Below are positions 28,052 through 41,226 of a stretch of DNA of 64,000 nt, one piece after another. The notes under the pieces are model-generated. The model was not told the origin of the DNA and made no database searches. It saw nothing but the letters and a program-made list of their open reading frames with translations. How positions within the stretch are numbered: position 1 is the first letter of the stretch; each line of letters starts with the position of its first letter. The position numbers and the translations under genes were made by a program. This DNA comes from Octopus vulgaris (lineage: Eukaryota). The stretch covers positions 91,636,001 to 91,700,000 of the forward strand of contig OX597821.1 of the NCBI GenBank assembly GCA_951406725.2, given 5' to 3'.

Positions 28052-28517
28052 AGCAGCTATAACAACTGCAGCAATGAAATTAAGTTCCTTATAAAATATA
28101 TCAAAATCACTGAAGATGTATGGAGATACAGATACATGCATGGAGACACACACACAGGTTGTATGTCAGTTTATTCCATCCAACATTCAAGCAATTTCTC
28201 TTTTTTAACTATAATACCAAAATAACTAACTACATGATTAAATACTTTGCTGACACATTTTCAAAATATAACCAAATGATTCACACAAACAGCTTGCAGG
28301 CATTATTTTCTCTTTGACGGAAATGGAGGGAAAAAAAAAATCTGTGGCATTTGCTGAAACACAAGGAATAAATTGAAACTTTTATTGAAATAAATTGTAG
28401 CAAAATTAACATAATTTCACCTGGAATGCTTTTTTTAATTGTATTAATCTCCATACTTGTTTGCACATATATGAACACAAAAGAGAGAGGAACAGACCAA
28501 TAGAGAAGAGACAGACA

Positions 28518-28861
<344 letters not shown>

Positions 28862-29524
28862 TATAACATTAACTGGCATTTGACATTTTCCAAGTTGTCA
28901 TCATTCCAGCATAAATTGATTCCAGTCTAAATTTTGTGATGGTAAACTGACATTGTTTTTCCTTTTTTGTAAATATATGATGACGACGATGACAGTATGA
29001 TGGTGATGACAGCAATGGGAGTAATGATGGCAAGTATGACGATGACAGGAATGACAATGATGTCAATTCCAGCGATGGGAAAAACAACAACAGCCACAGT
29101 GATAACATTGTAAGTTATACCATCATTACGAAATACCAAAAGAAACTGGCTGGATATTGCTGACACAAGAGTCCTTACAGAAAGTAATACATCCTTAAAA
29201 GAAAGGGAGAGATTATCTTTATGCAAAAAGTTAGTTGAAAACAAACTAGAATATGGAGAATGAAAGCAAAACAATTCCCATAATAAAAGACATCTTGTAG
29301 ATGATTAAATAAGATGCAAATGAATACCACAATCACAGGACTTTTACAGAAAACAATATATGATATATATGTGTATGTGTGCGTATAGCTGCTCAGTGCC
29401 TCTCCGAAAGAGAGAGAGGGATCACTACTAGACACTGGACACAAATGTAGAATAATGTTAATACTATAGGAAATATACAGCCATAACATAAACCTTGATA
29501 TAACCAAGGCACATAGATCTACAT

Positions 29525-29924
29525 CTCTTTTACTCTTTTACTCTTTTACTTGTTTCAGTCATTTGACTGTGGCCATGCGGGAGCACCACCTTTAGTCAAG
29601 GAAGTCAACCCCAGGACTTATTATTTGTAAGTCTAGTACTTATTCTATCAGTCTCTTTTTGCCAAACCACTAAGTTACGGGACATACACACACCAGTATC
29701 GGTTGTCAAGCAATTCTGGGTTGGGGGGACAAATACTGACACACAAACACACACATATATACGATGGGCTTCTTTCAGTTTCTGTCTACCAAATCCACTC
29801 ACAAGGCCTTGGTCAGCTCGAGGCTATAGTAGAAGACACTTGCCCAAGGTGCCATGCAGTGGGACTGAACCCAGAACCATGTGGTTGGTAAGCAAGCTAC
29901 TTACTGCACAGCCACTCCTGCACC
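29525..29924 (-). mobile_element. SINE family A copy
   Basis: Full length. Confidence 0.9.
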
Positions 29925-30061
29925 TATTACCATCTGGTTATACACTGAAAGAAAACAATTAAAATGGTACTCTTGAAATCATAAGAAACATCTTATTCCA
30001 AGCAGTTCATGATTTTAGTAAAAATACTGAAGTGCATTGTAAGATTAAAAGTATGGTATAT

Positions 30062-30495
30062 AGGCGCAGGAGTGGCTGTGTGGTAAGTAGCTTGCTTACC
30101 AACCACATGGTTCCGGGTTCAGTCCCACTGCATGGCATCTTGGGCAAGTGTCTTCTACTATAGCCTCGGGCCAACCAAAGCCTTGTGAGTGGATTTGGTA
30201 GACGGAAACTGAAAGAAGCCCGTCGTAAATATGTATGTATATATATATGTGTGTGTGTATGTTTGTGTGTCTGTGTTTGTGTGTCTGTGTTTGTCCCCCT
30301 AGCATTGCTTGACAACCGATGCTGGTTGTGTTTACGTCCCCGTCACTTAGCGGTTCGGCAAAAGAGACCGATAGAATAAGTACTGGGCTTACAAAGAATA
30401 AGTCCTGGGGTCGATTTGCTCGACTAAAGGCGGTGCTCCAGCATGGCCGCAGTCAAATGACTGAAACCAAGTAAAAGAGTAAAGAGTAAAGAGAG
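30062..30495 (+). mobile_element. SINE family A copy (near consensus)
   Basis: Full length, CpGs retained. Confidence 0.92.
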
Positions 30496-30519
30496 AGAAA
30501 ATACAGGAGGTAAAGTGGT

Positions 30520-30945
30520 GGAAGATAATGGACTACAATTAACTGATTATGAACTCATTTATACAGAAAATAATTTAAAAACTTAAATTTGATAACGATA
30601 AACAGAATTGACATTATAGAAATATTGTGAAATAAGACTGGCATTTGTGTTAAAATCTAAGTGAAATAGAAGAAATATAAGAACCTGACCATTAACACAT
30701 AGATCATTCTTTGTTTGATCTGTTATGGAGAAATATAAAATTGATAGCTTGTGTGTGTGTGGGTGGAGGGAGGGAGCCAGTTGGATAGCAAAACTTAAAG
30801 ATCAATGATTGTATACAAAGCATTGCATGAGAAAAGTGACACTCATAGATTTTTATAAGCCCTTAGACAAAACGAGAAAGTTGATTAATTAATTGAAAAG
30901 AATGTATACAGTAATGAGGAAACATTAGAAATTATGTGAAACTGT
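30520..30945 (+). mobile_element. Old R4/Dong-like RT C-terminal remnant
   Basis: INT...LDSKT*RSMIVYKALHEKSDTHRF resembles INT...LDRKTRKxLxxHxALHPKSDVDRLY. Confidence 0.5.
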
Positions 30946-30947
30946 AG

Positions 30948-31240
30948 TCATCATCGTCATCATCATCATCATCATCATCGTTTAACGTCCGTTTTCCGCG
31001 CTAGCACGGGTTGGACGGTTTGACCGGGGTCTGGGTATCCAGGGGCTGCTCCAGGCTCCAATCTGATCTGGCAGAGTTTCTACGGCTGGATGCCCTTCCT
31101 AACGCCAACCACTCCGCGAGTGTAGTGGGTGCTTTTTACGTGCCACCTGCACAGATGCCGGTGGGGGGGTCCAGCATCGGCCACGATCAGTTGGAGCTTT
31201 TAATGTGCCAGTGGCATGGAAGCCAGCCAAGGCGGAGAGG
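30948..31240 (-). mobile_element. Retroposon family C copy
   Basis: Tail plus two monomers. Confidence 0.85.
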
Positions 31241-31718
31241 AACTAAATAATTGAGACTTGAAAGCTATAGAAGGGGGTGACCGATTCATCAATTCAGGAG
31301 GAGATAATTTAGAAATAGACGAGGTAGTCTGAGGAAGAGAGTAGTGACCATAACAGCTGTAAGTAGTGGCCATCATCATCATCATTATAATGATCATCAT
31401 CTCCCTCCTCTCCCTCTCTTCTTCCTCCTCCCCCTCCTCCTCATTATTGTCATTATTTAATGTTCCCTTTTCCATGCTTATGAGGGTCAGACACAATGTC
31501 TTAAGACGGATTCTGTACAGCCAGATGCTCTTCCTGTTGCCAACCCTCACTTGTTTTCAGGCAAGTTGATATTTCACCATGGCTAGACACGTTTTTTTCG
31601 CAGAAAACTGGAAGCAAACAACATTGATTGTTTGACGATGATATTCATTAACAATCATGATGTCAAGACAAGGGTATGCACAAATTCCCACACTCACATA
31701 TGTACACACATACACACA

Positions 31719-31759
<41 letters not shown>

Positions 31760-31986
31760 TTCTTCTACAGATTCCTTACATTGGATCTTCTGACAGGAAG
31801 AGCATCTGTTAAAAAAAACCTGCCTCACTGAATTCTATCTGATATAGAAAAGCAAATGTTAAAACATTTATACGTGCATGTATGTATGTATGTATGTATG
31901 TATGTATGTATGTATGCATGTGTGTATGTGTGTGTGTGTATGCATGTGTGTGTGTGTGTGTGTATATGTGTGTGTGTACATAGACA

Positions 31987-33278
31987 TACGATGTCTGGTC
32001 AATAAGTATCCGGACTGTTGCCATAGAAATGAAGCCAAAGCACACAGAGTAAAGCCACTTTGCACAGATTGACTTTAAACTCTGCTGTTCATGTGCACTA
32101 AGTTTTAACATTCTAGCTCACTTCCTCTGTTTGCAGCAGTACTTGGAAGGAAGGCGTGTAGCATGTGATCATCACATTGACCATGACAGAGAAAGTTGCC
32201 ATTGCGATACCTGCTCAGAGGCCTATGCAAAGTTGCAGAAAGTGTATGGAGAGGAGTGTATGAGTCACACACAAGTGTATGAAAGGTTCAGATGTTTCGA
32301 AGATGGCCAAAAAAAGTTAATATTGACAGACATTCTGGGAGACCCACAACCAGAGAAAAGCATCACAGATGTAAGAAGAAGTCGTCGAATCACCATCTGT
32401 GAGTTATCAGAGAAAGTCAGTTAAGTTACAGTTCAGTTCAGTCCATTATCACTGAAGATTTGAGTATGAGACAGATGTCAGCCAAGTTTGTGCCAAAACT
32501 GCTTCCAGCTGACCGAAATGACACTCTCTTTTACTCTTTTACTTGTTTCAATCATTTGACTGCGGCCATGCTGGAGCACCGCCTTTAATCAAGCAACTCG
32601 ACCCCGGGACTTCATTCTTTTGTAAGCCCAGTACTTATTCTATCGGTCTCTTTTGCCGAACCGCTAAGTAACGGGGACATAAACACACCAGCATCGGTTG
32701 TCAAGCAATGCTAGGGGGACAAACACAGACACACAAACACACACACACACATATATATATATACATATATACGACGGGCTTCTTTTCAGTTTCCATCTAC
32801 CAAATCCACTCACAAGGCTTTGGTCGGCCCGAGACTATAGTAGAAGACACTTGCCCAAGGTGCCACGCGGTGGGACTGAACGCGGAACCATGTGGTTGGT
32901 AAACAAGCTACTTACCACACAGCCACTCCTGCAGCTATATGTGGATTTCAGTTGCATAAGATCTCCTTGATTGTGTCGAGAATGATGAATACTTTTTGAA
33001 AACTTTGCTGAGCCTTTCAGCAGGTATCACCAACTTTTGGCAAGACTTGATGCAGATTCTCTGTTCAGCTTTCTCTAACATGATCAATGCATCAATCACA
33101 CACTACACACAATCCTTCAAAGCCCTGCTGTAAACAGCAGAGGTGAGCTAGAACGTTGAAACTTAGTGCACTTGCACAACAGAGTTCAAGGCTAATCTGT
33201 GTCAAGTGGCTTCACTCTCCATGCTTTAGCTTCGTTACTATCGCCACAGTCCGGATACTTATTGATCAGCCCACACAT
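31987..33278 (+). mobile_element. Internally deleted mariner (Tc1/mariner) transposon with a SINE insertion
   Basis: TIRs tacgatgtctggtcaataagtatccggactg / cagtccggatacttattgatcagccc. HTH remnant EAYAKLQKVYGEECMSHTQVYERFRCFEDG...RRITICELSEKV...SAKFVPKLL. No catalytic domain. Confidence 0.88.
32524..32932 (-). mobile_element. SINE family A copy inside the mariner
   Basis: Full length. The transposase frame resumes after it (DLLDCVENDEYFLK). Confidence 0.9.
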
Positions 33279-33937
33279 ATTTATACACATATACATGCAC
33301 ACATGCATGCACAAAGATATATATATATAAGTATATATTTTTGTGTGAATGCTATGGGGACTGTTGTCAAGATAAAGTAACTATTGGTTTTGTCTAGAAA
33401 AACTAGCTTAATTTCCTTTTGACTCCTATTATTGTAGTAATCCTTGTAGTAGCAATTTCTAAAAAAAAACCAATTGTCTGGGAATCATTGGCCTCTACAC
33501 AGCTGAATTCTTTAGAACCCATTCAATAACAAATTTACATTGACAGAAGCTAAGTGATTGTCAGCCTCTCAAGATGCAGCCAAGATTGTTGATGATGTCA
33601 CATTTCTGTCAAAGATTTTACATTTGTAGTGATGCCTGAAGGAAAGACTGCCTCAGATCAACATAGAAAATATTTCTGCTGCTGAGTATATAATTATTAC
33701 TCAACATAAAGAATACTGATGGAACATACCTATCAAAGCTTCTGTCAAATATAAACTTAACTGGTCTGATATGGAATCATCAAACAGAAAGAAAACATAT
33801 GTGCTATCAGAAAGGATAGCTGTTCTGCAACTGTAAACATTCCTTTCAAAGTTAGGGACTGACAATTGCTTCAGATCCTATAGTTTCACTACTTGCATTT
33901 TAGAGAAATTCACGTTTGTACCAATAATTATTAGTGT

Positions 33938-34260
33938 GTGGAGGTGCAATGGCCCAGTGAGCCCAGTGGTTAGGGCAGTGGACTCATGGTCGAAGGATCA
34001 CGGTTTCAATTCCCAGACCAGGCGTTGTGTGTGTTTATTGAGCGAAAATACCTAAAAGCTCAACAAGGCTCTGGCAGGGGGTGGTGACGACCCCTGTTGT
34101 ACTCTTTCACCATAACTTTCTCTCACTCTCTCTCTTCTTGTTTCTTGAGTAACACTGCAATGGACTGGCGTCCCGTCCATCTGGGGGGAACACATACACC
34201 ACAGAAACTGGGAAACCGGGCCCATGAGCCTGGCTAGGCTTGAAAATGGCGACGAAAAGG
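33938..34260 (+). mobile_element. tRNA-derived SINE family D, tail type Z
   Basis: D head plus gc.atggactggcgtcccgtcca (V-domain-like) tail, the same as at 59733. Confidence 0.85.
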
Positions 34261-34919
34261 AATTATTAATGCACTAAGCTATATTACTAAATGTTTAAAT
34301 GGCAGTCTGAAAAAGCTGGGGTTTCCAGGCAAAGAAAGCAACCAGCTGATATGTACTTTGGAAATACTATCTATAAGTAGGACAGGAAAGCGTAAACAAA
34401 ACCATTATTCATCATAGTTGTTATTTAAACCCCAGCTTTTGGCACTCTGTCCCTTTGTTGCAACCCAAACCTCCTTCTTTACTCTTTCATTATGTAAAGA
34501 ATTCAAATAATCAAAAGAAAATGAAAGTTAACAGACACACAGGCCCAGATACATAAATACACAGGCACACATATATGCATGCTTGAAAACACAAAAAATG
34601 TCTCAAGTGTACAATAAATGTAAACTGTAATGGCCAGAGTAGTGATGCTGATGTTCTGATGAGAAAACTATACATCCATAGAACTGCTTAAGAGATGGGA
34701 AGGGTGAAAGGAGAAGAGTAGGGACACACTGCAGAAGACATCTTGCAGTCATATGGAACAGAAGTGTTAGGATTATCATTTCCCAAGACTGAAAACTGCA
34801 TTCACTGTCTGCCGAGGCTAAATGTTCCTAATGGAGTGGGATGAAACTGAATAGCCAAACATAGACACACAGACTGTTTCACACAAACACATTCAAGTAG
34901 CGGAAAAATTGTATACTAT

Positions 34920-35332
34920 AGGCGCAGGAGTGGCTGTGTGGTAAGTATCTTGCTTACCAACCACATGGTTCCGGGTTCAGTTCCACTGCATGGTACCTTG
35001 GGCAAGTGTCTTCTACTATGGCCTCGGGCCGACCAAAGCCTTGTGAGTGGATTTGGTAGATGGAAACTGAAAGAAGCCCGTTGTATATATGTGTATATAT
35101 ATATATATGTGTGCGTGTATGTTTGTGTGTCTGTGTTTGTCCCCCTAGCATTGTTTGACAACTGATGCTGGTGTGTTTAAGTCCCCGTCACTTAGTGGTT
35201 CAGCAAAAGAGACCGATAGAATAAGTACTGGGCTTACAAAGAATAAGTCCCAGGGTCGAGTTGCTCGATTAAAGGTGGAGCTCTAGCATGGCCGCAGTCA
35301 AATGACCGAAACAAGTAAAAAAAAAAAAGAGA
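34920..35332 (+). mobile_element. SINE family A copy
   Basis: Full length. Confidence 0.9.
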
Positions 35333-35639
35333 ATATGTCTGGAAATGTGTATGTGTGTATATGCGTGTGTGTATGTGTGAACTCTTGTGTGTATGTGTGA
35401 ACTCTTGTGTGTGTGTGTGTCTGTGTGTTTCTACATAAATTATTTTAATTATATTTTATAAGCCAAAACATTGTAATTTATAAAAAATAAAAGTGGTTGA
35501 TAGTTTTAGCAAGTATTGCATTATTTCAGAATTAAGACCGATTCCTCTGGAAATCTTTGGAGAAAAGTTGTTATCCACTGACTTCTCTTTCCTGCAGAGT
35601 GTGTGTTTTTAATATGCATCTCTATTGTAACCAATCGAC

Positions 35640-35880
35640 TGTATGCATCTCTGATTCATCACTAATGTGTGGTGTCTATTTCTTAATTGAAAGAGCTTCC
35701 CAATGTTTCTTTGTGTAGCTTCAATGGAAACCGGGCTGTCTTGGGTGTGGCATTTGTGTACATAATTGTTGATGGGCGATGCATTAGTACAGTGGTGTTC
35801 TTTAATCCACTTGTGTAATTGTCTGAAGGTTCATTTGATATAGAATTTGTTGCATTTTTTACACATGATTTTTATATAAA
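35640..35880 (-). mobile_element. Penelope-like element GIY-YIG endonuclease remnant
   Basis: Frameshifted KIMCK-KCNKFYIK*TFRQLHKWIKEHH...SPINNYVHKC...EALSIKK*TP matches the PLE pattern YxIxCxxCxxxYIGxTxRxLxxRxxEH...EAxxI. Confidence 0.65.
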
Positions 35881-35901
35881 ATACAAACACACACACACAC
35901 A

Positions 35902-36360
35902 TTCTTTTCTACTCTAGGCACGAGGCCCGAAATTTTTCTTTTTTTTTGCAGGGGATGAGGGGTGGGGTGGACCAGTCGATGAGATCAACCCCAGTATGCA
36001 ACTGGTACTTAATTTATCGACCCCCGAAAGGATGAAAGGCAAAGTCGACCTTGGCAGAATTTGAACTCAGAACATAAAGACAGACGAAATGCCTATTTTT
36101 TTACTACCCACAAGGGGCCTCAGAGGGGACATACAAGAACAGACACACGGATTAAGTTGATAACATCGACCCCAGTGTGTAACTGGTACTTAATTTATCG
36201 ACCCCGAAAGGGATGAAAGGCAAAGTCGACTTCAGAACGTAACAGTAGACGAAATACCCCTAAGCATTTTGCCCGGCATGCTAAGGTTTCTGCCAGCTCG
36301 CAGCCTTAGACAGATGAAATACTGCTAAGCATTTTGTCTGGAGTGCTAACATTTCTGTCA
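35902..36360 (-). mobile_element. SINE family B multimer
   Basis: Two bodies with different tails plus an extra head. Confidence 0.85.
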
Positions 36361-37080
36361 CATACAATTATGCATTTGTAGATCCTCTGGTGGTTGCAAA
36401 GATGAGTATTCAGTTGTTCAAAGATCTGAACTACTTATCGTTGAAAACTGTACAAACATATGTAGCATCAATGTTATCGTGATGCTGGATTAATGTGACA
36501 TAATATGTGACAAGCTAGAATCTTGAACCCTTGAATATAACCAAGCAGACCTCCACAGCTTTTATCTGCCCATTTTACTCATGTGGTTTGGGTCAGCGTA
36601 TTAGGACGTAAGTAGTAAAACACACTTGCCACTATGCCATGTTGTGGGGCTATATTTAGAATCTCTTAACCATTCAGCCATGCCTGCATCCAAATATGCA
36701 TGCAATCATATTCACAAATACATGAACAATAATAACATGCATATATTCACATGCACAAAAAGACACAAAACTTGCATACACTTTTGGTTTTATGGAAAAA
36801 GAGCAAAAGACTCTGATGGGAATTTTCCAGATCCAATCTTTTAGTGGCTCAGTGAAGATTTTTTTAAAATGTTTAAAATTCTCCATCTGAGATTCTTATG
36901 TGAATAAATGCAAATACTTGGGGTGTATACATCAACAATTCAACCAACACACCCAACTCAACCACATATTTGCAAACACCTGGAAATTCCTTAACTCAAA
37001 AAGTTTCGTTACTTTGTTAGCGACTAGCTTAAACTCTCTCAAGAACTCAAAGAAAATACATACATACATACTTACATACA

Positions 37081-37870
37081 TGATGCAGCAAAAGCCATAA
37101 AATGCAGGCTTTAAGATATCGCCCACATCATAAGCAGTTGTCTGAAAATGTCATCAGGGTATTATCTACAGGTGAGAGAAGACGTCGTAGCTATGACACT
37201 CTATAATGAAATCTGACAGAAGGATAATCCCAAGAACAAGGAAATAAAACCCTACAGTATGGTAGAAGCCATAGCCACTCATAATAAAAAGGAATAGTGG
37301 TGGAACGTACCAGTGAAGGCCTCAATAGAATGTAAGTACAACAGACCTGATATAATAATTTGGGATACAGAAGAGAAACTGTGCACAGTTATGGAAATTA
37401 GCTGCCCAGCGGATGTTAATATAAAGCTGAAGATCAGTGAAAAAGAGAACACCTATGCTGAACTGTTGAGAAATCTGCAGTTACTCTATCTAGATTACAA
37501 GTTCAGGTTTATACCTGTAATTATTGGGGCCCTGGGATATCATATGTAACACTGCCTAAGTACCAATCTTGAGAAATTAGGCTTCTCAAAACCAGAAAGG
37601 AGAAAGCTAATTTGAAGACTACAGATCCAATCCATCACTGGAACCGTAAAAATCTGTAAAACTTTCCAGAAGTTTATCATTTAAATATAAATGAGCATGT
37701 CTAGATACGTAACTATATGTATGAGAATACATACATAAAACATACAAATCTGCACATACATACATACAAAAATACCCTGTTGTTGATTTTGAAATTCCAA
37801 TGAAGGAACCTTGGATCTTGGTTAGTTCTTTTTCTATTGGCAAGAAATCTTGTATTAAACTGAATAATGA
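37081..37870 (+). mobile_element. 5'-truncated R4/Dong-like LINE (zinc knuckle remnant, RLE, 3' UTR) in (CATA)n
   Basis: KCRL..DIAHIISSC, then KYNRPDIIIWD...MEISCP...KENTY...IPVIIGALG, a PD-(D/E)xK-type RLE. Flanked by catacata repeats. Confidence 0.88.
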
Positions 37871-37944
37871 CATACATACATACACACACATACATACTTA
37901 CATACATACATACATACATACATACACACACATACACACATACG

Positions 37945-38010
<66 letters not shown>

Positions 38011-38012
<2 letters not shown>

Positions 38013-38162
38013 GGAGTAAACACATAAATGTGAAACAAGGTGGAAAAAAGAGTACTCAAATACCAGTGGTAGAGTAATATGCTTTATTTAAAGCAGCAGA
38101 AAATTCAACAAAACCTGTGAGTAACAGGTTTTGTTGAATTTTCTGCTGCTTTAAATAAAGTA
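38011..38162. mobile_element. Penelope-like terminal fragment with tail-to-tail inversion in (TA)n
   Basis: Perfect ~37 bp arms ctttatttaaagcagcagaaaattcaacaaaacctgt / acaggttttgttgaattttctgctgctttaaataaag with a 5 nt loop. (TA)n on both sides. PLE origin is inferred. Confidence 0.6.
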
Positions 38163-38351
38163 TATATATATATATATATATATAACATGCAAATAGCCAC
38201 AAAGTGACTCAAGGATTGAGAGCTTCATGTATGGCAGTTGTTTGATAAGTGACATACATAGGAGTGATGGGCACACATTTCTAAAAATCTTTTCTGGCCA
38301 TATGCTCATCTTTCCTTGTAAAATAAGCCTTTTGGCTCAATCAAAGTTCAA

Positions 38352-38570
38352 CCCTTTAACATTCAGATTTCTCTGTCAAATGTAATTCTTATTCATCACA
38401 TTATTCTTAACTATTCATGAATTATCTCATAGCTTCAAAATGTTGATGGAGTGATTGTTTATGTTAAGAATGACATTGTAGGGTAGACATGAGAGGCCAG
38501 ATCTGGTCAGTTTGAACATAAATTAGGTAGAATATCTTGGCCTGATATGGCCAGTTTACATGCTAAAGGG
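38352..38570. mobile_element. piggyBac-type MITE family 2
   Basis: T(C)AA|CCCTTTAACAT ... ATGCTAAAGGG|TTAA. A partial copy lies at ~51215-51376. Confidence 0.75.
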
Positions 38571-39240
38571 TTAAATATACTTGTACGTATAGTGAAATAA
38601 CAATACACTACAGTCAGTGTAAACAGAATTGACAAAAGATGAACATGGTGGTATTTCATAAAAAAAAAATATATAAATATTAACAAAAGTCCATATCATG
38701 CAAAGGAATAATTGAAGGAGAGTAATGACCAAGATTTCTCAATGGTGTAACTTATTAAAAAGTTATGGAAGATTTGATGAAAGTTGTTGTATTCCCAAAG
38801 CCACCTTGTAAAAAGGAAATATTTTCCAATTCTTTTGATATCCACTTTGTTCAGTTTAACAAAGAAAGGCTCCCAGCTGAAGAGCAGGCTAAGACAAAAA
38901 TAGAAAGCTTGAAATATTTGCAGTATGAGGATTTCAACGAATCGTGTGTCATATGAAAGTAACAATGTACAGTATTTTCACCTGATGTGAGATGCAAGAC
39001 TATAGTTCATGGGTTCAAACTCTTCTGTTGCCAGTGAGTTGTCCATATATGTATCTCAGCTCACTTCATTGTCTAGTAAACATATTTTTGATAAACTAGC
39101 ATCAAAGCTAGAAGTTTCAATTCTCCTTTTTGCAATGCAGTATAAAACTGGCCCTAAATACTAACCTCTCAGACATCTCAACTTGTAAGAGGTTTAACTA
39201 AATTATGTTCTTGTCTATGAGTGTACAAGCATGTATGCAG

Positions 39241-39273
<33 letters not shown>

Positions 39274-40301
39274 CAGACACACATGCACACAGACACACAT
39301 GTATACATGTACACTCGTGCACACCAACACATATGCATACTTATATACACATTCAGACTGGCACACATACTTAAGTACACAATTAAATGAAACTAACAAG
39401 TATTAATGTTGGAATTGGCAAATGTTAAGACATTGCATAGCTGTTAATAATTTCAAAACCAACTCCATTTCTCAAGAGTTTCTTCAACCAATCCTGCAGA
39501 CTTTTCATGTTCAACACTAGAAAGCACTTAGCACTGCTCAAAAAAAGACTTGCTGTTTCTTTTGTTCTCCTCACCATTTGTTCACTTCTTACTGCTAATT
39601 TATAGCTTAATGGCATGTGATGTTCACATTTACCAATTTCCAGGGTCGAAAGGAGGCCTCCGTAAATTGGTTCCTAGAATTTCATATAAAAAGAAAAACA
39701 TTTGAAGAAAACTCCAACACCAACTGACATGACAAATTATAATCTAGCAGGTTTTTAGCTGGTTTTTTTCTTTTGGCATTTGATTTTTTTTCTTTTGTTT
39801 TTTTATATATTTATGTTCGTAATATTTATATTTTGTGTAATATTTTTGTCTTGAAGAGACTCAATTTGTTTGATTATTTATTTAACATGTTGATTTTTGT
39901 ATGTCTGCATTTGTGCAAGAAGTTTTATGTTAGCTCATTTCTTTTCTCTTACCACCAATTTTATAAACTATTATGATATTTTGTATTGCTCTGGATTGTG
40001 TTTTAATGTAATGTTTCTTGGTGCAACTTGCTGCAATAAAAGAAATTACCATAATCATTATTTTTATTGTTATTCTTGTTGCTGTTGATGTTATTTTGTC
40101 AATGGAGTCAGACATGTCAGTCCAGGCACCCTTGTTAAAATAACATGTAAAAGTATTTTAGGAAGAAAAGTTTGGAAAACTTCACAGATAGATTGTAAAT
40201 AAGACACCAGAAAACGAAAGGCAAAAATTAATTCAAACACAGAATTACAATCAGCTTATTCCCTGACCAGTCGAAAGATGATATTTCAGTTTTAATATAT
40301 A

Positions 40302-40700
40302 CTAGCAGTATCGCCCGGCGTTGCTCGGGTTTGTAAGGGAAATAACTATATAAGCATTTTTAGAGAGTTATAACCAAAAAATAGCAAAAATAATGCATGA
40401 AAAATGGAAAAAAAAATGATGGTAAATTTTTTTTTAAATCGTTGACTCATCGTAGACATTTTTATAGAGTTACTTCCCTTATATAATAGCAAAAAAGGCA
40501 TTAAAATGGAAAAAAAGGATGGTAAATTTTTTTTTAAATCGTAGACTCATCGTAGACGCGTGCTAATACCCAGAAGGGCTCAATATGAATCACGACTATA
40601 AGATACCCGGTTTTGGTTAAACTGCACCGCAAATTGTGGGAGTAGTTAGGAATCTAAATCGTTGGAGACAGACACACAACTTCACTTTTATATATAAAGA
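40302..40700 (-). mobile_element. Non-autonomous Helitron
   Basis: Minus strand: A|TCTTTATATATAAAAG 5' end, 3' GC hairpin cccgagcaacgccggg, then CTAG|T. No TSD. Confidence 0.88.
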
Positions 40701-40967
40701 TGTCTATCTTATGTAGGGCCACAAGACTGTGATCAGTGGAGGAAGCAGGGTGACAGAATGTAAAACCGAAGGGGGAAGGTTGTAATATAGAGAGAGCTGT
40801 GCAAGAAGTGTAGTCAATTGAACAACTATAGATAACATACTTGTTTACCCAGAGGATAGATTTGATCAAACAGGCATGATTAAAGGCATTCCATACATGA
40901 TCTCCACATCGTTTGTTTTAAGACACAATGCATCCAGAACAATGTATAGTTTGTGTCATGTTTTAAA

Positions 40968-41226
40968 CTTTTTTTTTTGCGGGGGGTGAGGGGTGGGGTG
41001 GACCAGTCGATTAGATCAACCCCAGTATGCAACTGGTACTTAATTTATCGACCCCTGAAAGGATGAGAGGCAAAGTCGACCTTGGCAGAATTTGAACTCA
41101 GAACATAAAGACAGACGAAATACCTATTTCTTTACTACCCACAAGGGGCCACAGAGGGGACAAACAAGGACAGACACACGGATTAAGTCGATTACATCAA
41201 CCCCAGTGTATAACTGGTACTTAATT
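40968..41226 (-). mobile_element. SINE family B partial dimer
   Basis: Near copy of 35935-36195. Confidence 0.85.

Noticed and set aside
33400-34860. Possible very old CR1 and RTE LINE fragments around the SINE D copy
   Set aside because: Only faint motif resemblance, which I cannot support by eye
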